Shown here in pieces: positions 56,946-63,961 of a stretch of 64,000 nucleotides of DNA. The stretch comes from Clostridia bacterium (GTDB lineage: Bacteria; Bacillota; Clostridia; Oscillospirales; Butyricicoccaceae), in NCBI GenBank assembly GCA_017408485.1, contig JAFQUM010000022.1:1083-65082 (forward strand), written 5' to 3'. Position 1 is the first letter of the stretch, and every line of letters begins with the position of its first letter. Both the position numbers and the translations under genes were made by a program. The notes beneath the pieces were generated by a model, which saw only the letters and a program-made list of their open reading frames with translations, had not been told where the DNA came from and searched no databases.

Positions 56946-59768
56946 TTATGATACCTTTGATATGAAGGTCGCGTCTTTGATCTCTATCTTTTGCTCGCCC
57001 GTGTTGGGGTTTACATAGTTGAGTATGGGTCCGCTGATGAGGACCTTGTCGCCGATCTTCAGCTTTGTAGTCATAGCATCGTACCGCTTGCCTGCAGAGT
57101 CATATAATCCGTAGACATAGATGGCATTTCCCTTTCCGTCGGACAGATAGAAGTTACCATAGGTGGAGTGGGGTTCGCTTTCTACAACTCCCTCAAAATT
57201 ATATTTATCTGCGGTCATTTGACCTGCGGCAATATTTTTGCCCATGTTCAACGCATCGGTGATGGACATAGTCTTTACTGCCGCCGAACCCTTTTCAATT
57301 TTGGTGATCACGGCATTTTTAAGCTCTACCATGGATTCGCCGCTGTTTGCGTTGTAATAATTAAGTATCGGCGCAGTAACTGTAATGGTGTCGCCCACTG
57401 CAAGATCATAGCCGAGGCTATCAAAGCGTCCACCGTTCTCACCCACTATGCCGTAAATATAGATCTGATTTCCAGTGCCGTCTTCTATATACATATTTCC
57501 GTAGACGGTGCTCTTTATCTCCTTGATCTTGCCCTTGATATTATAGTTCTGTGTGGTCTGCTGTCCCTTGGCAAGCTTTGCGCCTATGGACAGAGCATCT
57601 GCAATGCTTGTCAGCTCATTTGTCTGAGGCTTGTCGGGAGTAGTGGGAGTTGACGGGGTGCTTGGTGTCGAGGGGGTTGTGGGTGTGGTGGGGATATCCT
57701 CCTTTTTGGTATGCTTGATGAGCACGCCGTCGATGATCTCGAGGGTATCCTCGCCTGTATTTTTGTTCACATAGCGCTTAAGTCTTCCGTAGATGACCAC
57801 TTCGTCGCCGATTGCCAGCTTTTGAGACATTGCTGAATAATTATTTCCCTGCAGATCCTTGATTCCGTAGACGAAGATGCTCTTCTTTCCGTCGGTCAAG
57901 GTGAAATTGCCGTATGTAGCATTGGGCTGGTCCTTAACATTGCCCTTGACATAGTAATAGTCAAAGCCTTCTGCATTGGGTCCAAAATAGATGCCGATAT
58001 CAATAAGTGTTGCAATATCGGTCAACTTGTAATTATCGTGGTTAACTTCAAACTCGCCCCGCTTGAGTGCTGCGGCAAGCAGGTCACGGGCAAATATTCC
58101 GCTGTCATATTCCGCCACCTCGGTAAGCCCGTTAGGTGCATAGGTGGAGGAATAGGAGTCGGTCATAATATAATAGGTCTTGTTGCGGTCGATGCTTCCC
58201 AAAATGCTCTTTCCGTACTCGCTGAGAGCGATATGGTAATCTCCGTTTGAGGTGTTAATAAATTGAGAAAGCAGCTTCGAACCGGAAATCGAACACAGAA
58301 CAAGTCGGTTGTCAAAGGGGAACAGAGAAAGCAGATCGGCATAGGTCTTTCCGCCGCCGGACATATCGTAGGGGCTTCTGGTCTTGATATATCCGCCGCC
58401 TAAAACGATATCGTACTTGCTTCCCCAGCGTTCCTGCGCAATATCAAGATAGTATTTTGCCATCAAATCGCCAAGCTCGTCACCTGTTACCACTTTATCA
58501 ACTCTGCCGAGAATATCATAGGCGTGGCTAATGCTTTGAGCATATTTTTTCTCTATGTCTTCGGTGGCTGCATCATCTGCAAGATTTTGATATGCCGAAT
58601 AAGGAACCACCTTGGCATCGGTAACCTTGGTATCATCGGTCACTGTGTTTACCTTTATCTCGATATGAGAAACACCGTAGTTCTCGCCGCCGCCTTGGAT
58701 GTGGTAAACACCTTTTTCATCAATAAGAATGTATTTTTGATGTGAATGAGCTTCAAATACCACATCAACATAACCATCGGAAAGGGCAACATCGTAATAG
58801 CTCTTTATTGCGGCAGAGCCAATGGTTTGAGCGCTGTCGTTTCCTCTTCCGTGGCCGTCGTGAATGGCATAAACTATCAGGTCTGCGCCCAGACCTCTAA
58901 GGCGGTCGGATTCAGCTTTGACAAGATTGGTAAGCTGATTGCCCACCTTGAAGGTAAATCCCTTGTTATAATCACCCGAAATGGATGAATGGCAATCACC
59001 GATAGCGCCGATGATTCCCACTTGAATATCGCCGCATTCCACCATTATGGAGGGTGTGCAATAATCTGCAAGCTTACCCGTTTGGTTATCAAAGATATTT
59101 ATGGCAAGGAACGGGAACTCAGCAAGCTCTTTATTTTTGCGGATAATATCCTCGCCCCAGTCAAACTCGTGGTTACCGATAGTCATACCAACAAAATCAA
59201 GCTCGTTCATCCACTCGATCAAAATAGCACCGTTGGTCAGGTTGGACTCGCCCGAGCCCTGCCACATATCTCCTGTGGAAAGGAAGACTGCGTGGTCATC
59301 GGTACTCTTTGCCTGACGGAGATAGGTTGCCATCTCGTCAACACCTATCTGTGTGTCGGTATCACAGAACTTGCCGTGCAGGTCGTTAAGCACATAAAAG
59401 TCAACAAGCGTTACAACGCTCTTTTGGCATTCGTCGCACTTTTCGTCGCCATTGGCATCGGTGTGCTTATGAGTAGGATCAGGCTTATCCTGAGTGCCCG
59501 GTTGTTGCGGCTCGTCATCGGAGGGTTTATCGTCAGAAGGCTTGTCCTGACTTGACGGCTCGTCATCGGAGGGTTTATCCTGATTACCCGGTTGCTCAGT
59601 AGACGGATCATCCGTACCGGGTTTGTCCGGTGTGGGCTCCTCTTGGCTTGTGCCCGAACCATCTGTGGACGGGGTCTCGGTTTTATCTTCACCGCAGCCT
59701 GCAAAAAAGCTGAAGGCCATAACAAGTACAAGCAATAATGCAAGTATTCTCTTTTTCATTTTATTCAC
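56946..59768 (-). CDS. secreted lipoprotein: calcineurin-like metallophosphoesterase / 5'-nucleotidase with three C-terminal OB-like repeats
   Basis: 940 aa. Lipobox (FFAGC), acidic/Pro-rich linker, metallophosphatase motifs (LNDLHG, GDMWQGS, GNHEFD), and a 5'-NT C-terminal-like region. These are followed by three ~95-aa repeats (Y..KG.V......YGN..L.DG...I.VYG). Confidence 0.7.
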   Translation of the reverse strand: MNKMKKRILALLLVLVMAFSFFAGCGEDKTETPSTDGSGTSQEEPTPDKPGTDDPSTEQPGNQDKPSDDEPSSQDKPSDDKPSDDEPQQPGTQDKPDPTHKHTDANGDEKCDECQKSVVTLVDFYVLNDLHGKFCDTDTQIGVDEMATYLRQAKSTDDHAVFLSTGDMWQGSGESNLTNGAILIEWMNELDFVGMTIGNHEFDWGEDIIRKNKELAEFPFLAINIFDNQTGKLADYCTPSIMVECGDIQVGIIGAIGDCHSSISGDYNKGFTFKVGNQLTNLVKAESDRLRGLGADLIVYAIHDGHGRGNDSAQTIGSAAIKSYYDVALSDGYVDVVFEAHSHQKYILIDEKGVYHIQGGGENYGVSHIEIKVNTVTDDTKVTDAKVVPYSAYQNLADDAATEDIEKKYAQSISHAYDILGRVDKVVTGDELGDLMAKYYLDIAQERWGSKYDIVLGGGYIKTRSPYDMSGGGKTYADLLSLFPFDNRLVLCSISGSKLLSQFINTSNGDYHIALSEYGKSILGSIDRNKTYYIMTDSYSSTYAPNGLTEVAEYDSGIFARDLLAAALKRGEFEVNHDNYKLTDIATLIDIGIYFGPNAEGFDYYYVKGNVKDQPNATYGNFTLTDGKKSIFVYGIKDLQGNNYSAMSQKLAIGDEVVIYGRLKRYVNKNTGEDTLEIIDGVLIKHTKKEDIPTTPTTPSTPSTPSTPTTPDKPQTNELTSIADALSIGAKLAKGQQTTQNYNIKGKIKEIKSTVYGNMYIEDGTGNQIYIYGIVGENGGRFDSLGYDLAVGDTITVTAPILNYYNANSGESMVELKNAVITKIEKGSAAVKTMSITDALNMGKNIAAGQMTADKYNFEGVVESEPHSTYGNFYLSDGKGNAIYVYGLYDSAGKRYDAMTTKLKIGDKVLISGPILNYVNPNTGEQKIEIKDATFISKVS

Positions 59769-59840
59769 CCCACTGTCTTTTTCTTTAGTATAGCACCATA
59801 GTTTAATGTTGTAAAGTTCAACATTCTGATATGGATATAT

Positions 59841-59872
59841 AAAAACGAGGTGCCAAAAGCCACCTCGTTTTA
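59841..59872. terminator. terminator-like hairpin
   Basis: AAAACGAGGTGgC-caaaa-GCCACCTCGTTTT. Confidence 0.6.
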
Positions 59873-59876
59873 TTCT

Positions 59877-60254
59877 TTAATTGACTCTCTTTTCGTTTTC
59901 GTCGTCCTCGATCCCCATCTTTATTTCCCAATGGATAAGTATTGCAAGCAATGCGCGGATGATAATGACGATCGCGAGTATGCCCAATTCCTTAAGATCG
60001 CGGACAATAACTGTATTTATGATCTCAGCGCCCATCTTGAACTCAAGGGCAAGGGATAGGGATTTTCCCAAGCTTATCATAACATTGAGAGGTTTCTTTT
60101 TCTTTATACGGGTAAATACCTGAAGCAGTGCCTTGATCGATCCAATGACAATGATCAAAATACCAACAAGCTCAAGAGAATAAACTACGCACTCAGCTAC
60201 AAAACGCAGCACTTCTTCATATCCCGCAATAAAATTGCCTAAAAATTCGCCCAT
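59877..60254 (-). CDS. DUF1622-like small membrane protein
   Basis: 125 aa with the pattern I recall for DUF1622 (LELVGILIIVIGSIKAL...LALEFKMGAEII). Confidence 0.55.
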   Translation of the reverse strand: MGEFLGNFIAGYEEVLRFVAECVVYSLELVGILIIVIGSIKALLQVFTRIKKKKPLNVMISLGKSLSLALEFKMGAEIINTVIVRDLKELGILAIVIIIRALLAILIHWEIKMGIEDDENEKRVN

Positions 60255-60355
60255 TTGTTATATCTCTCCTTTTTGGTCATAGTTCTTACTAAAATAGTAC
60301 CATATATGTTGAGATATTGCAACAGCGTTTATTTGGAATATATTGAGCGCAACTT

Positions 60356-60772
60356 TTATGACCTTTTGCTGATGATCAGGTAGGAAAGCCAGTAAACCAG
60401 CACCATAAAGCAAACTGTTGCTGAAATGATCAAGGCTACTTGTGAGTAGTTGAGCACCTGAAGAACGATTATTACAAGGGCGGCTACAATAATATAGCTG
60501 AAAAAGGCAATGCCCCTTGCTTTGCTTGCTATAAAGATGCTACGCTCGTCGGATTCGGCGATCTCACGCTTTTTTATACTGTCTTCGCTCTTAGTAATAA
60601 GCTTATATTGGCGTATACGAGCGATACCTATAACCGCAAAGGCAAAGCCCAAGGATGACGCAAAGTTATTATCGTTTTTAAGAAACAAGGGTATTACTAT
60701 CATTGCAAGTCCAAGGATAATATACACGATGGCAACATAAAGGCGCACTTTTAGTTTTTTTCTGAAATCCAT
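60356..60772 (-). CDS. hypothetical 4-TM membrane protein co-transcribed with an XRE regulator
   Basis: 138 aa, located 2 nt downstream of the HTH gene. Confidence 0.5.
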   Translation of the reverse strand: MDFRKKLKVRLYVAIVYIILGLAMIVIPLFLKNDNNFASSLGFAFAVIGIARIRQYKLITKSEDSIKKREIAESDERSIFIASKARGIAFFSYIIVAALVIIVLQVLNYSQVALIISATVCFMVLVYWLSYLIISKRS

Positions 60773-60774
60773 TT

Positions 60775-60972
60775 TTACTCCTCCTCAAATATAAATACCT
60801 GCTCAATGGTCAGGCTGAAATACTTGGCGATCTTATGGGCAAGCTGAATCGAAGCGTTATACTTGCCGTTTTCAAGGGATATTATAGTCTGCCTTGTGAC
60901 GCCGACCGCATCAGCCAAATCTTGCTGAGTAACATTCTGCTCCTTGCGGAGATCTTTTATCCTGTTTTCCAA
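60775..60972 (-). CDS. XRE family helix-turn-helix transcriptional regulator
   Basis: 65 aa (LRKEQNVTQQDLADAVGVTRQTIISLENGKYN). TTG start 7 nt after GGAGG. Confidence 0.8.
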   Translation of the reverse strand: MENRIKDLRKEQNVTQQDLADAVGVTRQTIISLENGKYNASIQLAHKIAKYFSLTIEQVFIFEEE

Positions 60973-61010
60973 ATCATCGCCTCCATATGTATAGTTTGCT
61001 TTACATTTGT

Positions 61011-61039
61011 ATCATAACAGGCGGGAGCAGAAATGTCAA
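61011..61039 (-). promoter_or_regulatory. sigma-A type promoter of the XRE operon
   Basis: On the minus strand: TTGACA (61039..61034), 17-nt spacer, TATGAT (61016..61011). Confidence 0.6.
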
Positions 61040-61122
61040 GTATATTTTACATTTTTATTGTGGAGTATTTTGGAAATCTCGAGGGTTAGAATCCCTCCTT
61101 ACAAATATCCATACCAAAAAAT

Positions 61123-61150
61123 AAAAACACCCACTACTGTGGGTGTTTTT
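61123..61150. terminator. bidirectional terminator-like hairpin
   Basis: AAAAACACCCAC-tact-GTGGGTGTTTTT. Confidence 0.6.
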
Positions 61151-61186
61151 ATTTTTTGTATAAAGGCTACGAAAAAGATATTTTTG

Positions 61187-61215
61187 TGGTTTGTATTAAG
61201 GATTCGAACCCAAAC
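61187..61215 (-). other. degenerate tRNA 3'-end-like remnant (T-loop GGTTCGAATCC ... ACCA)
   Basis: The minus strand reads CGTTTGGGTTCGAATCCTTAATACAAACCA. Thirteen nt (GGATTCGAACCCA on plus) are identical to the T-arm of the tRNA-Ser fragment at 61443..61455, but the T-stem does not pair properly. Confidence 0.35.
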
Positions 61216-61222
61216 GCAAAAT

Positions 61223-61390
61223 CACGCCAAAGGCGTGTATATCATCAATTCCGTAGGAATTGCATATCATCAATGCGGAGCATTGTATATCATCATTGCG
61301 AAAGAGGATACAGCCTGCGGCTGATGATATGCACCTTCGGTGATGAGATACACGCTAAAGCGTGATGATATACCATTGCTTTCGCAATGG
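61223..61390. repeat. array of seven 4-7-bp mini-hairpins interleaved with six copies of a 10-12-nt box (three YATATCATCA forward, three TGATGAKAT inverted)
   Basis: Boxes lie at 61238-47, 61263-72 and 61286-95 (forward) and at 61322-31, 61341-50 and 61363-72 (inverted). Hairpin stems are cacgcc/ggcgtg, aattcc/ggaatt, aatgc/gcatt, agcc/ggct, cacc/ggtg, cacgc/gcgtg and ccattgc/gcaatgg. Confidence 0.85.
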
Positions 61391-61392
61391 AT

Positions 61393-61429
61393 AAAAAAAT
61401 TCGACAAGTCGAAACTTGTCGAATTTTTT
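61393..61429 (-). terminator. terminator immediately 3' of the tRNA-Ser fragment
   Basis: A7-TTCGACAAGT-cgaa-ACTTGTCGAA-T6, a 10-bp perfect stem. Confidence 0.7.
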
Positions 61430-61484
61430 GGCGGAGAGTGTGGGATTCGAACCCACGTGGGCGTGAGCCCAAACGGTTTTCAAG
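61429..61484 (-). pseudogene. 3' half of tRNA-Ser(UGA): anticodon loop, long variable arm, T-arm, acceptor 3' strand, CCA (candidate att site)
   Basis: The minus strand reads CTTGAAA-ACCGT-TTGGGCTCACGCCCAC-GTGGGTTCGAATCCCAC-ACTCTCCGCCA. The matching 5' acceptor strand (GGAGAGT), the D-arm and the 5' anticodon stem strand are absent upstream, so tRNA identity ends exactly at the anticodon loop. Confidence 0.75.
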
Positions 61485-61514
61485 TTCTATGCGGCAAACG
61501 CACTTTGACGATTT

Positions 61515-61692
61515 TTATTAGAATTTAACGCCGTCTCTTGGAAGCCTCAAACATTTGATTTTACCGCATTTTTTCGACTTGTTTATTAGATAAATTCTGC
61601 AATCCTTGATAAGACAACATGTTCCACATTTTTATTAGAAATTATTAGAATTTTGGACTGTTTGTAATGGCTTTATTAGAATTTTATTAGAA
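61515..61692. repeat. cluster 1 of the TTATTAGAA motif (5 perfect copies plus 1 variant)
   Basis: Perfect 9-mers start at 61515, 61632, 61642, 61673 and 61684. The variant TTATTAGAT starts at 61583. Confidence 0.85.
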
Positions 61693-61824
61693 TTCAGGAG
61701 AAAAACAGCCTCAAAAAACGCAGATTATGAGGAGATCTCATTTTCAATCGGTCTAAAAAACCGTTGCGTGAAAAAACATCTTCGCTTAGAAACGAGTCGA
61801 GAAAAAATGTCAGTTGTCAGCTTT

Positions 61825-62295
61825 TTATAAGTATTCAAAGAGACCCTTTTGATTGATTTTTTCCAAGGTTTCCACGCTGACATTCGTTTCCTTTTCAAAG
61901 TCAAACAATGATTTTTTGAAATCTTTTACAGCCTTTTTCTTGTACGGTCCTTTCGTAACGATTACGTGACCTTCCGCGCGAAGCTCTTTTTCTTGAGAAT
62001 CGCCGTGCTCCAAATATCCTCCGAGAGAGATTTCGCGGTGTCTCGGAACGATATCAATGATCTTGATTATATAGTTTTGATCAATGTCGCCGAGATGCCG
62101 CATATTCATGGGAAGGCTATCAAAGCGGGAGATGTGCTGAACATTGAATTTTCTTGCAAGGAAGGCTTCAATATCTCTCCAATGTGTAAGTTTTCCAAAA
62201 GGAACCTGCATCAGCATATAATAATACACTTCTTGAGACAATTCGATACTGGTTTCTGCCGGAATAATTGTAACAATCCGTTTTTGATCATCCAT
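61825..62295 (-). CDS. MGMT-family DNA-binding domain protein lacking the active-site Cys (Atl-like)
   Basis: 156 aa. VPFGKLTHWRDIEAFLA ... VPRHREISLGGYL ... LRAEGHVIV parallels the IPxGxVxTYGDIA ... P(C/W)HRV ... L..EG pattern. Confidence 0.4.
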   Translation of the reverse strand: MDDQKRIVTIIPAETSIELSQEVYYYMLMQVPFGKLTHWRDIEAFLARKFNVQHISRFDSLPMNMRHLGDIDQNYIIKIIDIVPRHREISLGGYLEHGDSQEKELRAEGHVIVTKGPYKKKAVKDFKKSLFDFEKETNVSVETLEKINQKGLFEYL

Positions 62296-62548
62296 AGAAT
62301 TCTCCTTTTTGACACTCTCTTTAAAATTTTAAGTTCTAAGAGTTTCTATATTGCAATTCAATTATAACAAATCTCTCGAACCTATCAATGTAATGTGCTT
62401 AGTATGTAAAAAAGCTTAAGTACTAAATATGTAACTGCAAACAAGGGAGATCATCCTTTGAATTTGCTACAGCTTTTATGGAAAGTTCTTTGAACCCGAT
62501 CACTCACCATAATGGTGGGATATGCATTTTATGCTCGTGTCCTAACTA

Positions 62549-62588
62549 ATCTTGCACGAACTTACACGCGTGTAAGTTCGTGCAAGAT
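62549..62588. repeat. 40-bp perfect palindrome with no spacer
   Basis: ATCTTGCACGAACTTACACG|CGTGTAAGTTCGTGCAAGAT. Confidence 0.95.
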
Positions 62589-62836
62589 CGTACAAACCAT
62601 TTTACAAGTCTGTATTGCGCAGCACTTGTATTGCCTTCGCAGACCAGTTTGCCGGCTTTAACCATCTTTTGAAGCAAACGATACGCTTGAGGTCCTGATA
62701 CATGAAGCAGACTTCGATGTCTTTCCTTGATAAATTGTCCTTGGTTTTTGCTAATTTTAGAATTAGTTCAGTGTATCGTTGTTGTGACAGAGCAACGCAG
62801 AAAGAGTCATGTACAGCTATAATGCTTTTCTGGAAT

Positions 62837-63002
62837 TTATTAGAACTTATTGGAGCTTGATGTGTTTAACAAATGCGTTAACTTCAACGTTTTTTCGATG
62901 TGTATTTCTCGAAAAACTGCAAATTTCAATGTCGCATTTTTTTCTTGAAAATGAGCAGTTCTAATAAAAAATCTTAGAATTTTATTAGAACTCCTATTAG
63001 AA
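62837..63002. repeat. cluster 2 of the TTATTAGAA motif
   Basis: Perfect copies start at 62837 and 62982, and a perfect inverted copy (TTCTAATAA) at 62959. Variants start at 62847 (TTATTGGAG), 62972 (TCTTAGAAT) and 62994 (CTATTAGAA). Confidence 0.8.
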
Positions 63003-63409
63003 CTCCAGAGAATTAACCGAAAAAAACAGCAAAGTGTCAATACAAAATAGATTGGGGGCCACAAACCACATAGCCGTGTATTACGATGATAAATAAGCCT
63101 TCTTGAGAATTTTTTTCTGTGCTTCTAAATACTTGTTTTGCTTTGTAATTTGTATTAATTCTTTAATCTTGAAACAATGGAACTACAAGATGAAAGATTT
63201 TTTGTTTTGCTACCAACTTTTCACCATTATAGAACTATTCAATTTTATAATGGCTGTATTTTTTTGATATTTTTCAAATTATCAACAGGATTCAACAATA
63301 AAGTTTAAATATATTCACAATAGTTTTAGAAAGTGTGATGCTGTTATCATAGTAATATGTGGAAGAATGTGGTAGAATAATGTCGAATTAAATTTAGGAG
63401 GCATTATTT

Positions 63410-63688
63410 ATGAGAAATGAACTGAATTGTGTTTTGAAGGATTACTTACGAGCAAGATTGCAGGGAATCAAGTTAGAAAAATGTTATACTCAGTGGAACA
63501 TAGCACAAATCTTGCACATGGAAAGGAGAACTGTTGCTGGTCTTCTTCGGGGAGAACATTCAATGAACGGTTTAACAGTTGTTTTGTATCTTATTTACCT
63601 TGCAGAAGACCCTGTTTTGGAAATTGAAAATATGGCAAAGCTTTTTCAAGATGTACTTCAAGGTTCCGATTATGAAGGTGTTTCTTGA
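63410..63688 (+). CDS. hypothetical small protein, possible HTH
   Basis: 92 aa. AGGAGG RBS 9 nt upstream. The segment TQWNIAQILHMERRTVAGLLRGE looks HTH-like. Confidence 0.4.
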   Translation: MRNELNCVLKDYLRARLQGIKLEKCYTQWNIAQILHMERRTVAGLLRGEHSMNGLTVVLYLIYLAEDPVLEIENMAKLFQDVLQGSDYEGVS

Positions 63689-63701
63689 GGAGATTTTTAT
63701 T

Positions 63702-63914
63702 ATGTTTGTAAAAAAAATAGAATTAGATTACAGAATCCCCCGTCGAGTAACAACGATCCGAAAAATTACACAATATTACTTCCCGGTTTGCCCAAAATGC
63801 AATTGCACAATGGAGCGTGAGTATCAATCCTATTGTGATCGTTGTGGCCAGGCTTTGCGTTGGAAGGAGTTTTCTTTTGTAAAGGCATCTATTGATACTA
63901 AGGTCTATAAATAA
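63702..63914 (+). CDS. hypothetical small zinc-ribbon protein
   Basis: 70 aa, starting at an ATG after GAGGAG. Contains CPKCNC...CDRCG (CxxC-N13-CxxC). Confidence 0.4.
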   Translation: MFVKKIELDYRIPRRVTTIRKITQYYFPVCPKCNCTMEREYQSYCDRCGQALRWKEFSFVKASIDTKVYK

Positions 63915-63936
63915 AACGTAAATTAAAGATATTAAA

Positions 63937-63961
63937 GCCGGCTATAGTTATCGTAGCCGGC
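63937..63961 (+). terminator. hairpin after the Zn-ribbon ORF (weak terminator)
   Basis: GCCGGCTA-N9-TAGCCGGC with a poor T-tract. A new RBS (AAGGAG) and an ATG at 63991 follow. Confidence 0.3.

Noticed and set aside
61081-61097. T-arm-like hairpin GAGGG-TTAGAAT-CCCTC, suggesting a plus-strand tRNA
   Set aside because: No acceptor stem, D-arm or anticodon arm can be built around it. It may be another decayed remnant or simply chance.
61223-61390. CRISPR array interpretation of the ATATCATCA repeats
   Set aside because: The repeats are only 10-12 nt, the spacers are 9-15 nt and self-complementary, half of the repeats are inverted, and there are no cas genes.
62602-62865. 87-codon open frame on the minus strand (…LSQQRYTELILKLAKTKDNLSRKDIEVCFMYQDLKRIVCFKRWLK…)
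   Set aside because: There is no ATG, GTG or TTG start until the last 33 codons, and I recognise no family. It is possibly a gene remnant, so I did not call it as a CDS.
62840-63064. 74-aa minus-strand ORF (MWPPIYFVLTLCC...)
   Set aside because: It has no RBS and odd composition, and it overlaps the TTATTAGAA repeat cluster. It is probably noncoding.
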